Below are positions 16,205 to 24,733 of a stretch of DNA of 64,000 bases, piece by piece. Each line of letters starts with the position of its first letter. Within the stretch, counting starts at the first letter, position 1. Origin of the DNA: a virus; the IMG/VR virus record IMGVR_UViG_3300045988_165521, one strand, 5' to 3'. Under the pieces are notes generated by a model, which saw only the letters and a list, made by a program, of their open reading frames with translations, was not told where the DNA came from and searched no databases. The position numbers were made by a program, and so were the translations under genes.

Positions 16205-17245
16205 ATGACATATGGATTGAACGATATTTGTTTAGTACCTGCTAGGATTAGTGATATTGAACATCGTGAACAATGTAATCCATATAATGCTGATAATATG
16301 CTCCCGTTGTTTACTGCTCCTATGAGTTCAGTAATTAACGAGAGCAATTATCAGGTATTTATGGATAATAAAATAAATACTATAATTCCTCGTTCAGTAG
16401 ATTTATCTACTAGATATGAGTTAATGTCAAAAACTTTTGTGGCCTTAAGTTTATCTGAATTTGAAACATTTGCAGGTCTAGAATTAGGTGAAATTAAGGA
16501 GGAAGAAATATTTTATATATGCGTAGATATTGCTAATGGTCATATGCGTAAGCTTATTGATCTTTGTAAATCTGTAAAACAGAAATATGGAGGTCATGTT
16601 ATACTAATGGCAGGCAATATTGCAAATCCTGATACTTATATAGATTATGCCTTAGCTGGTATTGATTTTGTACGTGTTGGAATTGGTGGTGGATCAGTAT
16701 GTACTACTTCTGCAAATGGAGGAGTTCATTATGCTATGGCTTCTTTAATTAAAGAGGTTGTAGATCGTAAGTGGGAGATAGAAAAAGCAATTAAAGATGC
16801 AGAAGCTATGCGTATTTCCCATAAATATGAGTCTTTGCCATTTATTGTAGCTGATGGAGGATTTGATAATTATGATAAGATTATTAAAGCGTTAGCATTA
16901 GGTGCAGATTATGTAATGGTAGGCAAAATCTTTGCTCAAGCAGAAGAAGCTTGTGGTAAAGTAATAGAACATTGGGTACGAGGAGAGTATATTGCTCGAG
17001 ACCGAGTTTATTATGGGATGTCTACTAAAAAAGCTCAAGTAGAAACTGGAAGTCAAAAATTAAAAACAGCAGAAGGAATAGAAGTTACAGTACCTATTTT
17101 GTATCCTTTAAGTGGATGGTGTGAGAATTTTGTTCATTATCTTCGATCAATGATGAGTTATACAAACTCTTTTACACTTAGTGATTTTAAAAATACAGAA
17201 TATCGTATTGTTAGTCCTTCTGAATATTTATCATATTATAAGTAA
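16205..17245 (+). CDS. guaC: GMP reductase-like (IMPDH/GMPR family)
   Basis: 346 aa, with CVDIANGH, VGIGGGSVCTT, ADGG, GADYVMVG, YYGMS and AEG matching GuaC landmarks. Confidence 0.7.
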   Translation: MTYGLNDICLVPARISDIEHREQCNPYNADNMLPLFTAPMSSVINESNYQVFMDNKINTIIPRSVDLSTRYELMSKTFVALSLSEFETFAGLELGEIKEEEIFYICVDIANGHMRKLIDLCKSVKQKYGGHVILMAGNIANPDTYIDYALAGIDFVRVGIGGGSVCTTSANGGVHYAMASLIKEVVDRKWEIEKAIKDAEAMRISHKYESLPFIVADGGFDNYDKIIKALALGADYVMVGKIFAQAEEACGKVIEHWVRGEYIARDRVYYGMSTKKAQVETGSQKLKTAEGIEVTVPILYPLSGWCENFVHYLRSMMSYTNSFTLSDFKNTEYRIVSPSEYLSYYK

Positions 17246-18420
17246 TGGCAGAGATAATTTATTGTAAATTAACTGAAACTAGATCTCGAAGAACTTGGCA
17301 AATATTGCCTAAGCAGTATTTTCCTGACAAAACTCCTGTTTATGAATTAGCTGTATCTATTTCTCAGTATACAATTGATAGGGTACAACATCCTTTTGAT
17401 TGTATAGTTGGATTATATGCTAAACAGCTAAATTTTGCATCAACACAAAAGTATTATTCTTATTCTGGAGACGTATATTCAATAGCGGATAATCCTGAGG
17501 CAGATTCTGGATATCAAAAATACCTTAAAAATAGGGATAAGACTCCTGAAGAAATAGAAGAGGAAGAAGCTAAATTAAAGTCAAAAGTTTTATATCAAAT
17601 TAAAAATAATCCTGATATAGTTCCTATGTCTATTGATAAAGATGGTTTCTATATTAAGGATGAAACTTTTTATCTACTTACTCGAAATATTTATAAACGT
17701 GTAAATACAATGCTAACTGGTCCTACTGGATCTGGTAAAACACAAGTAGTAGAATTAATTTGTAAGCAATTAGGACTTCCTTGTACTATTTATGATATGG
17801 GTGCCATGCATGATCCTATATCAGACTTACTTGGTGTTCATCGTCTCGAAGAGGGGAAGTCTATCTTCGACTATGCTAAATTTACTCAAGATGTTCAAAA
17901 ACCTGGAGTTATTGTTTTAGATGAGCTGTCGCGTGCGCCTGCTACCTGCCTCAATATACTTTTTCCTGCTCTTGACCATCGTAGGACTTTGCCTGTAGAA
18001 ATTGCAGGTTCTAAGGATATTCGTGAAATTCCTATTCATCCTGAAGTATGCTTTATATCAACTTGTAATATTGGTATTGAATATACTGGTACCTCAACTC
18101 TTGATAAAGCATTAAAGAATCGTTTCTTCCCAATTGAATTTACATATCTTCCTGCAGACATTGAAGCTCGAGTTCTCATGAAGAGATGTGATATTGAGAA
18201 ACAGGATGCTGATATGATTACTTCTATTGCTGCTAAACTTCGTAGGATGGCAGAAAATGCAGAGGCTGCAACTACAGTATCAACTCGAGAAACTTTAATG
18301 ATTGCAGAATTAATTCATGATGGATGGTCAACATTAGATGCATTAAATTATGTATTAATTCCACTATGTGATAGTAAAGAGTCTCGAGAATTAGTACGAA
18401 AATTGTTAATGAGTAAATAA
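17245..18420 (+). CDS. AAA+ ATPase, CobS/MoxR-like
   Basis: Walker A GPTGSGKT, Walker B VLDELSRA. Confidence 0.6.
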   Translation: MAEIIYCKLTETRSRRTWQILPKQYFPDKTPVYELAVSISQYTIDRVQHPFDCIVGLYAKQLNFASTQKYYSYSGDVYSIADNPEADSGYQKYLKNRDKTPEEIEEEEAKLKSKVLYQIKNNPDIVPMSIDKDGFYIKDETFYLLTRNIYKRVNTMLTGPTGSGKTQVVELICKQLGLPCTIYDMGAMHDPISDLLGVHRLEEGKSIFDYAKFTQDVQKPGVIVLDELSRAPATCLNILFPALDHRRTLPVEIAGSKDIREIPIHPEVCFISTCNIGIEYTGTSTLDKALKNRFFPIEFTYLPADIEARVLMKRCDIEKQDADMITSIAAKLRRMAENAEAATTVSTRETLMIAELIHDGWSTLDALNYVLIPLCDSKESRELVRKLLMSK

Positions 18421-18421
18421 T

Positions 18422-20368
18422 ATGTCATTTACTGACTGGTTTGGGCGTAAAGGTAAGAATTATACATCTACTTATAAAGGATCTACTCGTTTAGGGTGGG
18501 ATACTAAAGTAAGTGGATCGTATTCTTCTTTCTTTGCACCTGATTTAAACAAAAGAAAGCTTTTAAGAGATTCCTATCGTCACGCATGTGATATTAGGGA
18601 TATTATGGATATTCCAAGAAATATTCGAATACAGTTAAATGTAGACACAGAAACTTCATGTACAGATGGAAAAACAGTTATTGTTTCTACTAAAGTATAT
18701 GATGATAATAAAATCGATAATAATGTTAAATTAGATGTATTCTTAGGTACAACTATTCATGAATTTTCTCACATATTATATACAGATATGGCAGAAATTC
18801 GTAAAAATAGACCTAATAAGTTCCTTTTTAATCTGTTCAATACTATTGAAGATGAACGAATTGAATACAATACTACACAAAATTATCCTGGGTATGCTAA
18901 TTTTATTGGGCAAGCAAAATATTATTATTTTGATTTGTTATATAAAAAAGCTGAAAAACAGGATGATTTAATGGATGTATTACAAAACATTTTATATATT
19001 GTAAGATATCCTGCAAGAGTAGATACTAAGGTTATTTATCGACATCAGGTTTTGTTTGATAAAATTAAGAAAGTTCTTTGTGACTTTGGAAATAATTCTA
19101 AAGAAGCTTATGATAAAGCAGAAAAAATTTATAAGCTATTACTAGATTACTTTAAGTTCCCACCTCCTCCGCCTGAAGAACAACAAGAAGGAGATGAAGA
19201 ACAAGATCAATCTGATTCTAGTGAAGGACAGTCTGATTCAGGTGAAGGCCAAGAAGGATCAGACGGAAGTTCTGACCCTCAAAATTCTAAACAGTCTTCT
19301 CAAAAACAAGATTCTAAAGATAATGAAGGATCAGATAAGAATAGTAAAACACAAAGTTCTCCCAAAAGTGGTTCTGATGAGGGATCTGCGGGCAAAAAGA
19401 AACAAGAACCTATTAAAGCATATACTCAAGAAGAAATAAAACAGGCAGCTGAGAAATTAGCTGAACAAATGCGACGTTTAATTACTTCTAATACTTCTTT
19501 AAATAGTAATGAAATTAAAGATGAGTGGGATTCTAAAGAAATTGCTGATGAGTGTAAGCAAATAAAAGATGATGTTTTTATTGTAAAACAAGAAGATTAC
19601 GAAAGACGTTATAAAGCGGATTTTGATACAGTAAAACAACATATTAATGGTTTAGTTAATACTTTTAGCAAATTCTTTGTTGAACAGGAATATCGTTTAA
19701 CAGGAATGCGAAGAGGTGTGCTAGATACTAATAAATTAGCTGAAGCTTATCAAGCAGTAGAAACTGTCTATTCAAATAAGTTTAAACGTACTACTCCTGG
19801 TTTAGATGTTTGTGTATTGATTGATGAGAGTGGCTCTATGAGCGGAACTAATATCGCATCTGCAAGAAAATGTGCAATATTACTTAATGAGGTATTTTTA
19901 CGTTTAAAGCAATGTGACTTTTATGTTTATGGTCATACTGCAGATAATCGACATATGGGAGAAGTTACTATTAATGTATATCGTGATCACTGGAATAGGA
20001 ACCGTTATGCTTTAGGTAAAGTTGAAAGTTATTCTAATAACAAAGACTCTGTTGCTATTGAAGAGACATATAAAATGGTTAGAAAGCAAACTTCGAAACC
20101 ACTTTTAATGTTTGTAATTTCTGATGGAGCACCTAATGCATATGGTTTAAGAGGACAACCTGCTGTAGAGGAAGTTAAAAAGGTAGTAAATAGAATTGAA
20201 TCAAATGGAGATACTCTAGTTTGTCAAATTGCTATTGAAAGCCACTTCCGACCTCAGGATATGTTTAATCATTATGTTGTCATGACAGATATGAATACTT
20301 TTCCAAGTGACTTATCTGGATACGTTATGAATACGTTAATATCTAAACTTAAAAGAGTAGATGTTTAA
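18422..20368 (+). CDS. vWA-domain protein, CobT-like
   Basis: A central acidic Ser/Gln-rich tract and a C-terminal MIDAS DESGSMSG. Confidence 0.6.
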   Translation: MSFTDWFGRKGKNYTSTYKGSTRLGWDTKVSGSYSSFFAPDLNKRKLLRDSYRHACDIRDIMDIPRNIRIQLNVDTETSCTDGKTVIVSTKVYDDNKIDNNVKLDVFLGTTIHEFSHILYTDMAEIRKNRPNKFLFNLFNTIEDERIEYNTTQNYPGYANFIGQAKYYYFDLLYKKAEKQDDLMDVLQNILYIVRYPARVDTKVIYRHQVLFDKIKKVLCDFGNNSKEAYDKAEKIYKLLLDYFKFPPPPPEEQQEGDEEQDQSDSSEGQSDSGEGQEGSDGSSDPQNSKQSSQKQDSKDNEGSDKNSKTQSSPKSGSDEGSAGKKKQEPIKAYTQEEIKQAAEKLAEQMRRLITSNTSLNSNEIKDEWDSKEIADECKQIKDDVFIVKQEDYERRYKADFDTVKQHINGLVNTFSKFFVEQEYRLTGMRRGVLDTNKLAEAYQAVETVYSNKFKRTTPGLDVCVLIDESGSMSGTNIASARKCAILLNEVFLRLKQCDFYVYGHTADNRHMGEVTINVYRDHWNRNRYALGKVESYSNNKDSVAIEETYKMVRKQTSKPLLMFVISDGAPNAYGLRGQPAVEEVKKVVNRIESNGDTLVCQIAIESHFRPQDMFNHYVVMTDMNTFPSDLSGYVMNTLISKLKRVDV

Positions 20369-20387
20369 TTTGTATATTTTCAGATTT

Positions 20388-20422
20388 TTTACTACCTTTG
20401 CTGTATAACTAAAGGTAGTAAA
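20388..20422 (+). other. 12-bp hairpin immediately upstream of the suppressor tRNA
   Basis: TTTACTACCTTT-(11 nt)-AAAGGTAGTAAA with no T-run after it. It could be a processing or regulatory element. Confidence 0.4.
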
Positions 20423-20424
20423 AT

Positions 20425-20862
20425 GCGAGCTTAGTGTAATGGTAGCACAGCGGTCTTCGAATTGGAGCACGCTTGGCGTGAAAATTGTGGCAAATTCGGT
20501 AAAAGCGAAATAAGATGATAAAAATCATGCGAATCAGCTTTCTAAGAAAGTCTAAGGTCCCGAAATATGGATAGCTGATAATACCGAGCTAAATTAGAGT
20601 AAAATACAGTAGAGAACATAGGCTGTCTATGCCGTGTAAAATAGGCGGAGTGCTTAGTAGGTCGAAAATTAAAGCCGTACACTTCTCTATGTATCCTACT
20701 TTACTCTATAAATGTGTAGAGACTAAATGCCACACTTGTATATCAAGCTGATATAGTCCAGACCACAAACAGTAAAACTGGTAGTGAAAACTATAGTGGT
20801 AAGCAAAACCGTATTGTAGGGCTCCAAACCCTACGGTCTCTGTTCGAATCGGAGAGCTCGTG
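20425..20862 (+). tRNA. Intron-containing opal-suppressor tRNA (anticodon TCA after splicing; exons 20425-20457 and 20804-20862)
   Basis: 5' half: GCGAGCT TA GTGT-AATGGTA-GCAC A GCGGT CTT. 3' half: CAAA ACCGT, 25-nt extra arm, CTCTG-TTCGAAT-CGGAG, AGCTCGT, G. The spliced anticodon loop is CTTCAAA. Confidence 0.8.
20458..20803 (+). mobile_element. Group I intron (IC3-like, ORF-less) in the tRNA anticodon loop
   Basis: The 5' exon ends in U and the intron ends in G. Guide TTGGAG (20462-20467) pairs with CTT (P1, U-G wobble) and CAA (P10). Core-like motifs CAAATTCGG (20491) and GTGTAGAGACTAAATGCCAC (20714). Confidence 0.75.
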
Positions 20863-20876
20863 CTAATAAGTTGATT

Positions 20877-21446
20877 ATGAGTAAGTTAAAGGAACAAATT
20901 CTTATTTTAAGAAGTGATAATAAAAGTTATAATGAAATTGCTAAGATACTTGGATGTAGCAAAAGTATTGTTGGATATTATTGTAATGATATAACTAATA
21001 GTAAACAACGAAAATCTACTTCATTATGACGTAATACACTTAAGGGGAGAATTAAATCTAGACTATGTACTTTTTGTGCTAGAATCTCTCATGGAGGTAG
21101 AAGAATCTCTAATAGAACATGACGTAAACGTTTAAGGAGATATATTGAACATTTTCAAAATAGAGGAACGAAGAGTTTAAATAAAATTAAGACTTTAGAT
21201 ATTATTAATAAATTTGGTACAAAAACAAAGTGCTATTTAACAGGTACTCCTATAGATTTAGAAAAAGATAATTATTGTTTTGATCATATAGTTCCTGTTT
21301 CTAAAGGTGGAACAAATGATTTGTCAAATTTAGGTATTACAATTCCTATTGCTAATTATTCTAAATCTGATTTAACAGTAGAAGAATATTTAGAATTATG
21401 TAAGAAAGTACTTGAACATTATGGTTATACCGTTAATAAGATATAA
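20877..21446 (+). CDS. HNH homing endonuclease (free-standing; 2 in-frame TGA)
   Basis: A single frame with TGA at 21027 and 21120. DHIVPVSKGGTNDLSNL...N motif. Confidence 0.75.
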
Positions 21447-21448
21447 CA

Positions 21449-21613
21449 ATGCAACATAGTCCTTATAAGATAAAGTATGAGCAATATTTTGTAATGTATT
21501 CTGATAGATTAAAAAGAAGGTATTATCAAGGAAAGCCTTGGGCAGAAGCAGGCTCTTATACAGTTTGAAATCTTCATTATATTAATAAAACTTATCGAAT
21601 TGTTATACAATAG
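21449..21613 (+). CDS. hypothetical small protein (1 in-frame TGA)
   Basis: ATG 21449 to TAG 21611. Confidence 0.35.
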
Positions 21614-21645
21614 GCATCTAGAGTAATCTAGGTGCCTTTATTTTT
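21612..21645 (+). terminator. Rho-independent terminator
   Basis: AGGCATCTAG-AGTAAT-CTAGGTGCCT followed by TTATTTTT. Confidence 0.7.
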
Positions 21646-21660
21646 AAAACGAAGAATATT

Positions 21661-21744
21661 ATGGTAATTGGAGTATTAATTTTAGGAACATTAGTTGCTT
21701 TGGATAGTTTGGCAATTATAGAATATTTTATAGATAAAAAGTAA
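21661..21744 (+). CDS. 27-aa single-TM peptide
   Basis: MVIGVLILGTLVALDSLAIIEYFIDKK. Confidence 0.3.
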   Translation: MVIGVLILGTLVALDSLAIIEYFIDKK

Positions 21745-21745
21745 A

Positions 21746-22351
21746 ATGAAATCAATTTTAATAAAAATTGGGATATTAGCTGTTTTAGGTTTAACAATAT
21801 TTTTCATGGGACAAAGAATTCATGATTTAAATATTGCATTAGATAATTCAGTTAATAACGAAAAGGCTTATGCTGCAGAAAATTCTGGTTTAAAAGAAAG
21901 TAATCGAGTATTTAAATTAACTATTGAACAATTAGATTATTATAATGATTCACTTATGTTAGCTATGAAAAAAATAGCTAATGATAATGGTATTAAAGAT
22001 AAAAAAATTAAGTCTTTACAGTATCAATTAGAACATTATTCTAAAAGAGATACTTTAATTCTTAGAGATACTGTATTTAAAGATCCTAATTTTGTTCTTG
22101 ATACATGTATTATTGATCGTTGGAATAAGAGCTGTTTACACTTACAATATCCTGGTACAATTGCTCTAAGTAATGAGTATGAAAATGAAAAGTTTATTAC
22201 TTTAAGTTCTCATCGAGAACCTATTAAACCTCGTAAATGGTTTTTACCTAGATGGTTTACTAAGAAACAAACTGTAGTAGAGGTTTTAGTAGTTGATGAA
22301 AACCCTTATGTTAAAACAAAACAACAAAGATTTGTTGAAATTATAGACTAA
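21746..22351 (+). CDS. hypothetical membrane-anchored coiled-coil protein
   Basis: N-terminal TM helix; 201 aa. Confidence 0.5.
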   Translation: MKSILIKIGILAVLGLTIFFMGQRIHDLNIALDNSVNNEKAYAAENSGLKESNRVFKLTIEQLDYYNDSLMLAMKKIANDNGIKDKKIKSLQYQLEHYSKRDTLILRDTVFKDPNFVLDTCIIDRWNKSCLHLQYPGTIALSNEYENEKFITLSSHREPIKPRKWFLPRWFTKKQTVVEVLVVDENPYVKTKQQRFVEIID

Positions 22352-22352
22352 T

Positions 22353-22661
22353 ATGAAAGCTGCACTTCCAAGAGATGTTTCTTTAAATATATTATTTGTA
22401 ATAGATATCTGTAAATTAACTTTAGAAGAAAAAGGTAAACTCCAGGAAGATTTATTTGGAGTAGGAGCTTATTGGAGTAATAGTCAGAGAGTTATTATTG
22501 AAGAGGGCACGGATAATTCAGTTGGATATTATTTTATATATCCTAATCGAAGAATAACTTATTTACAAAAAGATCATAATATTTTTGATTTTACCTTTGA
22601 TCGTATTGTAGATAAAGATACTGCGCTAAATCTTTTAAGATATAGAATTTTTCTAAAGTAA
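22353..22661 (+). CDS. hypothetical protein
   Basis: 102-aa ORF. Confidence 0.45.
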   Translation: MKAALPRDVSLNILFVIDICKLTLEEKGKLQEDLFGVGAYWSNSQRVIIEEGTDNSVGYYFIYPNRRITYLQKDHNIFDFTFDRIVDKDTALNLLRYRIFLK

Positions 22662-22825
22662 TGAAAAAGAAAGCTATTGCATTAATAGATTATATTGATG
22701 ATGATGGAATGATTGCATTTCAAGTTAATCAAAGAGTTAATATAATTGAATTTACAGATAATTGTCTAGTTAAAACTAAGTATGGTTATATAAAAATCTC
22801 TAAAGAATATTTAAAAATATTATAA
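22661..22825 (+). CDS. hypothetical small protein
   Basis: 54-aa ORF with a TAATG overlap. Confidence 0.35.
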   Translation: MKKKAIALIDYIDDDGMIAFQVNQRVNIIEFTDNCLVKTKYGYIKISKEYLKIL

Positions 22826-22826
22826 A

Positions 22827-23114
22827 ATGTCTGAAAAATCTCTTTCAATTAAAATTCGAAGAGCTAGAAAAGAGCTAAGAATAATGCAAGGTGAAGCTAC
22901 TAATATTTATTCTTATCTTACTGTAATAAAGAATATTGATAAAAATAATCATATGGCTCGCAATATATATGTAAGTTTAATAGCTGACAATTTAGAGCAA
23001 TACTCAGTTAAAAGTATTACTGAACTAGAAAAACTTATTCGAAAACAGAAAAGTAAAATACGTAAATATGATCAAAGAATATGCAAATTACGGTCAACAC
23101 AAAATATGAAATAG
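22827..23114 (+). CDS. hypothetical protein
   Basis: 95-aa ORF. Confidence 0.45.
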   Translation: MSEKSLSIKIRRARKELRIMQGEATNIYSYLTVIKNIDKNNHMARNIYVSLIADNLEQYSVKSITELEKLIRKQKSKIRKYDQRICKLRSTQNMK

Positions 23115-23341
23115 GACAGCAGGTATATCTTTGTAAAACAAAGTTAAAATTTAAAGATGGAGATTTTGTAAACGCAAGTGTACCTAATTTGAATCCTTTT
23201 ACTGTAACTTCTATTCGGATTCATCAACATCCTAATTCTCAGAGTATTTATTATCGCTTAGATGGCTTACAAAAATCTATTCGAGAAGATCAGATTTTTG
23301 AATCTATTGAAGCAGCTAAAAAATTTTGTCATGAGCAATAG
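23081..23341 (+). CDS. hypothetical protein
   Basis: 86-aa ORF. Confidence 0.45.
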   Translation: MQITVNTKYEIGQQVYLCKTKLKFKDGDFVNASVPNLNPFTVTSIRIHQHPNSQSIYYRLDGLQKSIREDQIFESIEAAKKFCHEQ

Positions 23342-23840
23342 TTTTAATCATCAATCTTTTTTAAAAGCAGGAGCTGAAAAAGAACAAGAATTTGCTAATT
23401 TATTAGTTCTTAGGAATGGTGGGGTCATTTCACATTCTGATAGAAGTACAGATATTAAAGATCATATAGATCTTTTCTGAACTAAAGACAATAAAACATT
23501 TTCTTTTGATGTTAAGGGCTTAAAAAAGAGTAATTGATCAGATATTAATACCGATAGTAGTATTCATTGGATTGAAATTAGTAATGTAAGAGGAAATCCA
23601 GGCTGGTTATACGGAAAAGCAGATTATATTGCTTTTGAGACAGATAAAGAATGGCTTTTAGTAAAAAGACGTAAGTTAATTGATTTAATCAATTCGAAAG
23701 TAACAGATACTGCAGTTAAAAATACTAAAGAATTATATACTTACTATCAAAGATATGGTAAAAAAGATATAATTGTTAAGGTTTTAACTAAAGATTTAGC
23801 TGAAATAGCTTCAAAAACTATTAGTAAATGAGAAAATTAA
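23331..23840 (+). CDS. PD-(D/E)XK-like nuclease (in-frame TGA codons)
   Basis: A single frame through 2 internal TGA codons. DHIDLFW...FSFDVKGLKK resembles a D...D/ExK motif. A terminal TGA sits in an ATGA overlap with mgsA, with a TAA 3 codons later. Confidence 0.45.
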
Positions 23841-24313
23841 ATATAGCATTAGTTGCACACGATGCTAGAAAACAAGAATTAGTAGACTGGGTTAAGTTCA
23901 ATAAACAAGTTTTATTTCCACATCATTTAATAGCTACTGGAACTACCGCAAAGTTACTAAGTGAGATTAATATTGATGAGATCAGTCCAGACTGGCCAGG
24001 TAAAGGAGATTATTATAATACTTATTTAGCTGTAACTCCTGTTCTTTCAGGACCACTTGGAGGAGATCAAATGATAGGAGCTATGATTGCTCAAGGACAA
24101 ATTGATGTATTAATTTTCTTTTGTGATAATCTTATTACTCAAGGGCATCAAACTGATATATCTGCATTAACTCGTTTAGCATCATTATACAATATTGCTT
24201 TTGCAACAAATAGAACTACTGCGGACATGATTCTTACATCCTCATTATTTGGAAATGAAGATTATGTTCCTATTAAACAAGATTTTAGTTCTTATTTAAA
24301 TAGAAAATTATAG
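23828..24313 (+). CDS. mgsA: methylglyoxal synthase
   Basis: IALVAHD..K......ATGTT...SGPLGGDQ..GA.I..G.IDVLIFF.D......H..D..AL.RLA...NI..ATN..TAD aligns along its length with E. coli MgsA as recalled. Confidence 0.85.
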   Translation: MRKLNIALVAHDARKQELVDWVKFNKQVLFPHHLIATGTTAKLLSEINIDEISPDWPGKGDYYNTYLAVTPVLSGPLGGDQMIGAMIAQGQIDVLIFFCDNLITQGHQTDISALTRLASLYNIAFATNRTTADMILTSSLFGNEDYVPIKQDFSSYLNRKL

Positions 24314-24334
24314 ATAATTTAAAAATAAGAAGAT

Positions 24335-24733
24335 ATGAGTAAAGTAGTTAAATTTTATTACACTAGACCTCTTTCCTTTCTTGAAGTAGCAATTGTGCCA
24401 ATTCGAGAAACTGTAGCAGTACCTCAGCAAAAAACTCGTATGAGTGAGCGATATACAATTGCTGCAATATACGATGAGGAAGCTAAAACTATTAAGTTTG
24501 GTCTTGCAACATGTGTTCCTGCCGATCCTTTTGTTAAAAAGATTGGTCGAGAAATTGCTGAAAAGAGAGCAGAAACTGAACCTTTCTTTGAAGTAAAAGA
24601 TTTTGATGGAACTTTTGCAGATTTTAGGCGTTTGGTTATAGAGGTTGGTACTAATAAAGAAGAGGAATTACTTTATCGGAAGTATAACCGTTATATGCAG
24701 GCTGCTGATGAAAATCCTAGATCTAGCATTTAA
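24335..24733 (+). CDS. hypothetical protein
   Basis: 132-aa ORF. Confidence 0.5.
   Translation: MSKVVKFYYTRPLSFLEVAIVPIRETVAVPQQKTRMSERYTIAAIYDEEAKTIKFGLATCVPADPFVKKIGREIAEKRAETEPFFEVKDFDGTFADFRRLVIEVGTNKEEELLYRKYNRYMQAADENPRSSI

Noticed and set aside
19150-19420. Apparent repeat region (GAAGGA/GATTCT-rich) considered as a tandem repeat or array.
   Set aside because: It translates in frame to an acidic Ser/Gln/Glu-rich linker (PPPPPEEQQEGDEEQDQSDSSEGQSDSGEGQ...), as expected for CobT-like proteins. There is no regular repeat-spacer periodicity.
20425-20862. Alternative reading of this locus as a canonical tRNA-Trp(CCA) (arm TAGGG-CTCCAAA-CCCTA) with an insert between nucleotides 26 and 27.
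   Set aside because: That junction would put A, not U, at the 5' splice site and has no complementary guide sequence. The TTGGAG guide fits CTT|CAA exactly and yields a standard arm order (anticodon arm, then variable arm). It is kept as an evolutionary scenario only.
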